DNA of 50,648 nucleotides, filler included, from Jimgerdemannia flammicorona (taxonomy: Eukaryota): NCBI GenBank assembly GCA_003990765.1. It is 2 parts of 2 records of this genome, joined end to end, with 100 filler letters (N's around TTAATTAATTAA, not from the genome) between each part and the next. Parts side by side here need not be neighbours in the genome. Positions count along the whole stretch, not along the records: positions 25,379 to 50,648 come from RBNJ01000857.1; 1 more part is not named here. One strand, given 5' to 3'. This document shows, piece after piece, positions 47,940 through 50,648 of this stretch. The notes beneath the pieces were generated by a model. That model was not told the DNA's origin. It saw only the letters and a program-made list of their open reading frames with translations, and searched no databases. Position 1 is the first letter of the stretch. Every line of letters begins with the position of its first letter. Position numbers and translations under genes: made by a program.

Positions 47940-50648
47940 CATAGCATAGTTACCCATACCTAGTTACTCACATGTGCCACCACCTATAATTAGCAAGATA
48001 CCAAATTAGGTTTGTTAATCTGTGTCCTAAGGACACACCTGAGCCCATTGGACACACCTGTGCCCACCAGACACACTTGGACACCCCCTTTCCAAATAAC
48101 ATTACTGCATATTCTATAGTTAGCTACATAATAACCAGATAGCAACCACAACTATATAAAATACTCCAGAGATAAGAGTGAATAAACCTCAGTCTAAAAT
48201 TGAAACCAAAAAGTAAAAGATAAGTCTGTCTACTATATTTTGAGAAATATATATGTCTATTAAAAGCTACTTAATCTAAGAAGAATTGCAACACTTAGGA
48301 GAAACATCTACTCTAAAGTCACTTTTAGAAGATTATAAGCTTGATATATTTTTCACTCTGGTCTACTTTCTGATATAAAGAAGAAGTCTGTCTACACAAA
48401 GTCAGTCTAGAATAAAATATACCTTTATAGTAAATTTATTTATATAAATAAAGTAGTTCTTTGATATAACTTTATCAAGTCAAAAAGAGAAGTCTGCTAA
48501 TTTAGAAGAATTTATACTATTTAAGTTATCCAAAAACTGCTATTTTCAAGTAATCTATATTATTTGCTATTTTTGAGAACTCTATATAAAGAATACTATC
48601 AAGATTGATAGATTATTATATAGAAATTATATACTTTTTAAAAATAAGATCATTATACAGAAATTATATACTTTTGAAATCTATTATACTATATAGAGAT
48701 TATTATATAAATTACTACTATGTATATCCAAGAACTTATCTCAAAAAGAAAATTAACCACTTAGTATCTAAATTTGTCTATTATACTACTAAATACCAAG
48801 AATATTAGAAATTATAGAATATTTTATTACTTTTTGATAAAGTAATTAAAGACTCAAGCCAATTTATATAGTAGCTCTAATCTTATAATTTATCTTTATT
48901 AAGTCAGTATATTATATTTGAGAGCTCAACTAAAAAGATTTTCTTTAGATCTATGTGACTTTTTAGCTCACAAGAACTAAATAGTCAAACTGGATATATT
49001 TGATACAATACTAATCTCTGCTATTATAGAAAAAAGAGTTATTATCAGTATTTATACAGAAAGAGAAATAATTACCTTAAGACTTATCAACTATTCAGTA
49101 TCAGAAGAATTCCAATCAGAAGCCAGTATAGTATAGAATTCTTAACTAGACTTATAATTAAAAGACCTAACACAACCAGATCAACCAGATCAATCAGATC
49201 AATTAGACAATATATTCTATTAGAAACTTTAATAAGCTTATATAAGAATTAGAAGATTTTATTATATAATTCTGGTTTCTCTCAGAAGCTCCACTAGTTT
49301 CTCCTATTAAATTACTATCAGGACTAGTAATGACAGAACCAGAAGGACTAGAAATAACTTCTTCAAAGATATTCAGATCTACTGTATCTTGTCTAAGATC
49401 AATAATATTATCTTCAAGATATCTAAGTATCTTAAGCTCTAGCAATAATTCAGAAAGTACAGATGTCTCTTTCTTCACTACCTTACCAGTCACATTGGTT
49501 TGGTAGACAACCTTCCAAGTTCACTTTCCATAATTATTACCCCTTCTATCTCAGATTGGTTTGCTATATCTATTGTAGAGCAGTGGGAGGGAGGCAATGG
49601 TGATGAGTTGCCCCTTTATTGGTATCAGATCAGTGTCTTCTCCACTTTTTCACAGTTTCTAGTACCTTTGGCTACATCTGGAATATGTATATCTATTTTA
49701 GTGCAGCACCTTCTTCCTTTTGTTATCACTAATAAGGTACTGTCTCAGTATATCTTGGACTATATAGGGAGTTGGCTGACCTTGGGCATCAAGTGCTCAG
49801 TATAGGTTACCTGCAGGTTCTCAGTATCTGTGGTGGAGCCCTCTGGCTTTGGTGAGCTTCCCAGCAAACACAGTTCTGGCATAGATAACTACTTTTCAGG
49901 TATTGTCAGGATGGGAGGAGAGATGGCCATCAAAGATAGGAGGAAGAGCAATAATGGTGAACCAGTAGGGTGCTAGGCTGGGGGCAGTTGTTGGGGCTGG
50001 AGCAGATACTACTTTGGTGGGACCTTTTGATTAGTATGGCATGATTAGGTAGTAGGTGTCACTCTCAGCTTCTTTTGGCAATTCGGTGGGTTGGGCCCTG
50101 GTCATCAGAGGGGGTCAGGGGACCTGAGGCTATCCATTTCAGACATCTTGGCTACACTCAACTGAAACTAGGAGCTGATATGGCAATGTGATCAAGGCCT
50201 ACAAGCTTAAGTAGTGGAGTATTGAGAGTCTCCTCTCACCTTATGTATAAGTCCTTTACTCACCTTAACTGAGAGAACCAGGCCCTATCCACTGTGTTGT
50301 ACTTTGATGAGGGTTTTTTCTTTATCTATCATTCTCTTTGGGGTGGCAGAGGCTATTCTATTTGGCTTAGGCATGGCCTTGTACATATGTTGGGTTCTCA
50401 GGTGTGTGCTTTTGGTCATTGGCATATGGCTGGATTTCCCCTGATGGTAGGGAGAGTATGGTACATAGAATGAGATATGGGCCAACATAGGTCCTGCTGC
50501 ATCTGGCATAGTTGAGCTACTGGACAATAGCTAGCCTAGGTTAATAGGGGGGCAGTACTTGATGGGTGGTGGGGGAGGGTTTTGGCCTATACAGTCTAGG
50601 TTCTCTTCTAATAAAAATCTGCAGAACATTGAGTCCATTAAAAAAAAA
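47940..50648 (+). mobile_element. Second, apparently longer copy of the poly(A) retroposon (3' ~1.2 kb homologous to 26595-27779)
   Basis: ~49470-50648 aligns with the nested copy through AATAAAAATCTG..GAGTCCATT-poly(A). The upstream AT-decayed sequence is assumed to belong to the same element. Confidence 0.75.

Overview
Eukaryotic, intron-containing fungal genomic DNA. An early-diverging lineage such as Mucoromycota is plausible, but that is inference. Two contigs are joined by an artificial N/TTAATTAATTAA linker at 25279-25378. Intact host genes are a mitochondrial asparaginyl-tRNA synthetase, a class-2 DYRK (Pom1/DYRK2-like) kinase, metaxin/Sam37, a CRAL-TRIO lipid-transfer protein, an Atg22-family MFS transporter and an isochorismatase-family hydrolase. 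They alternate with CpG-depleted, decayed repeats: two head-to-head L1/Tx1-like LINEs, a poly(A)/TSD retroposon present twice, and extremely AT-rich relics. The most notable region is ~700-14600, a decayed, gene-dense island resembling an endogenised large DNA virus or giant mobile element. It carries a Pol-delta-like family-B DNA polymerase with no recognisable C-terminal Cys-cluster domain, two divergently oriented ERCC4/EME1-like genes, a phage/giant-virus-type PD-(D/E)xK nuclease with an apparent short spliceosomal intron, and F-box- and TPR-like relics. It also has five dispersed copies of a ~57-bp near-perfect palindrome, all intergenic and upstream of genes. All protein family calls are by eye from motifs; no database search was possible.
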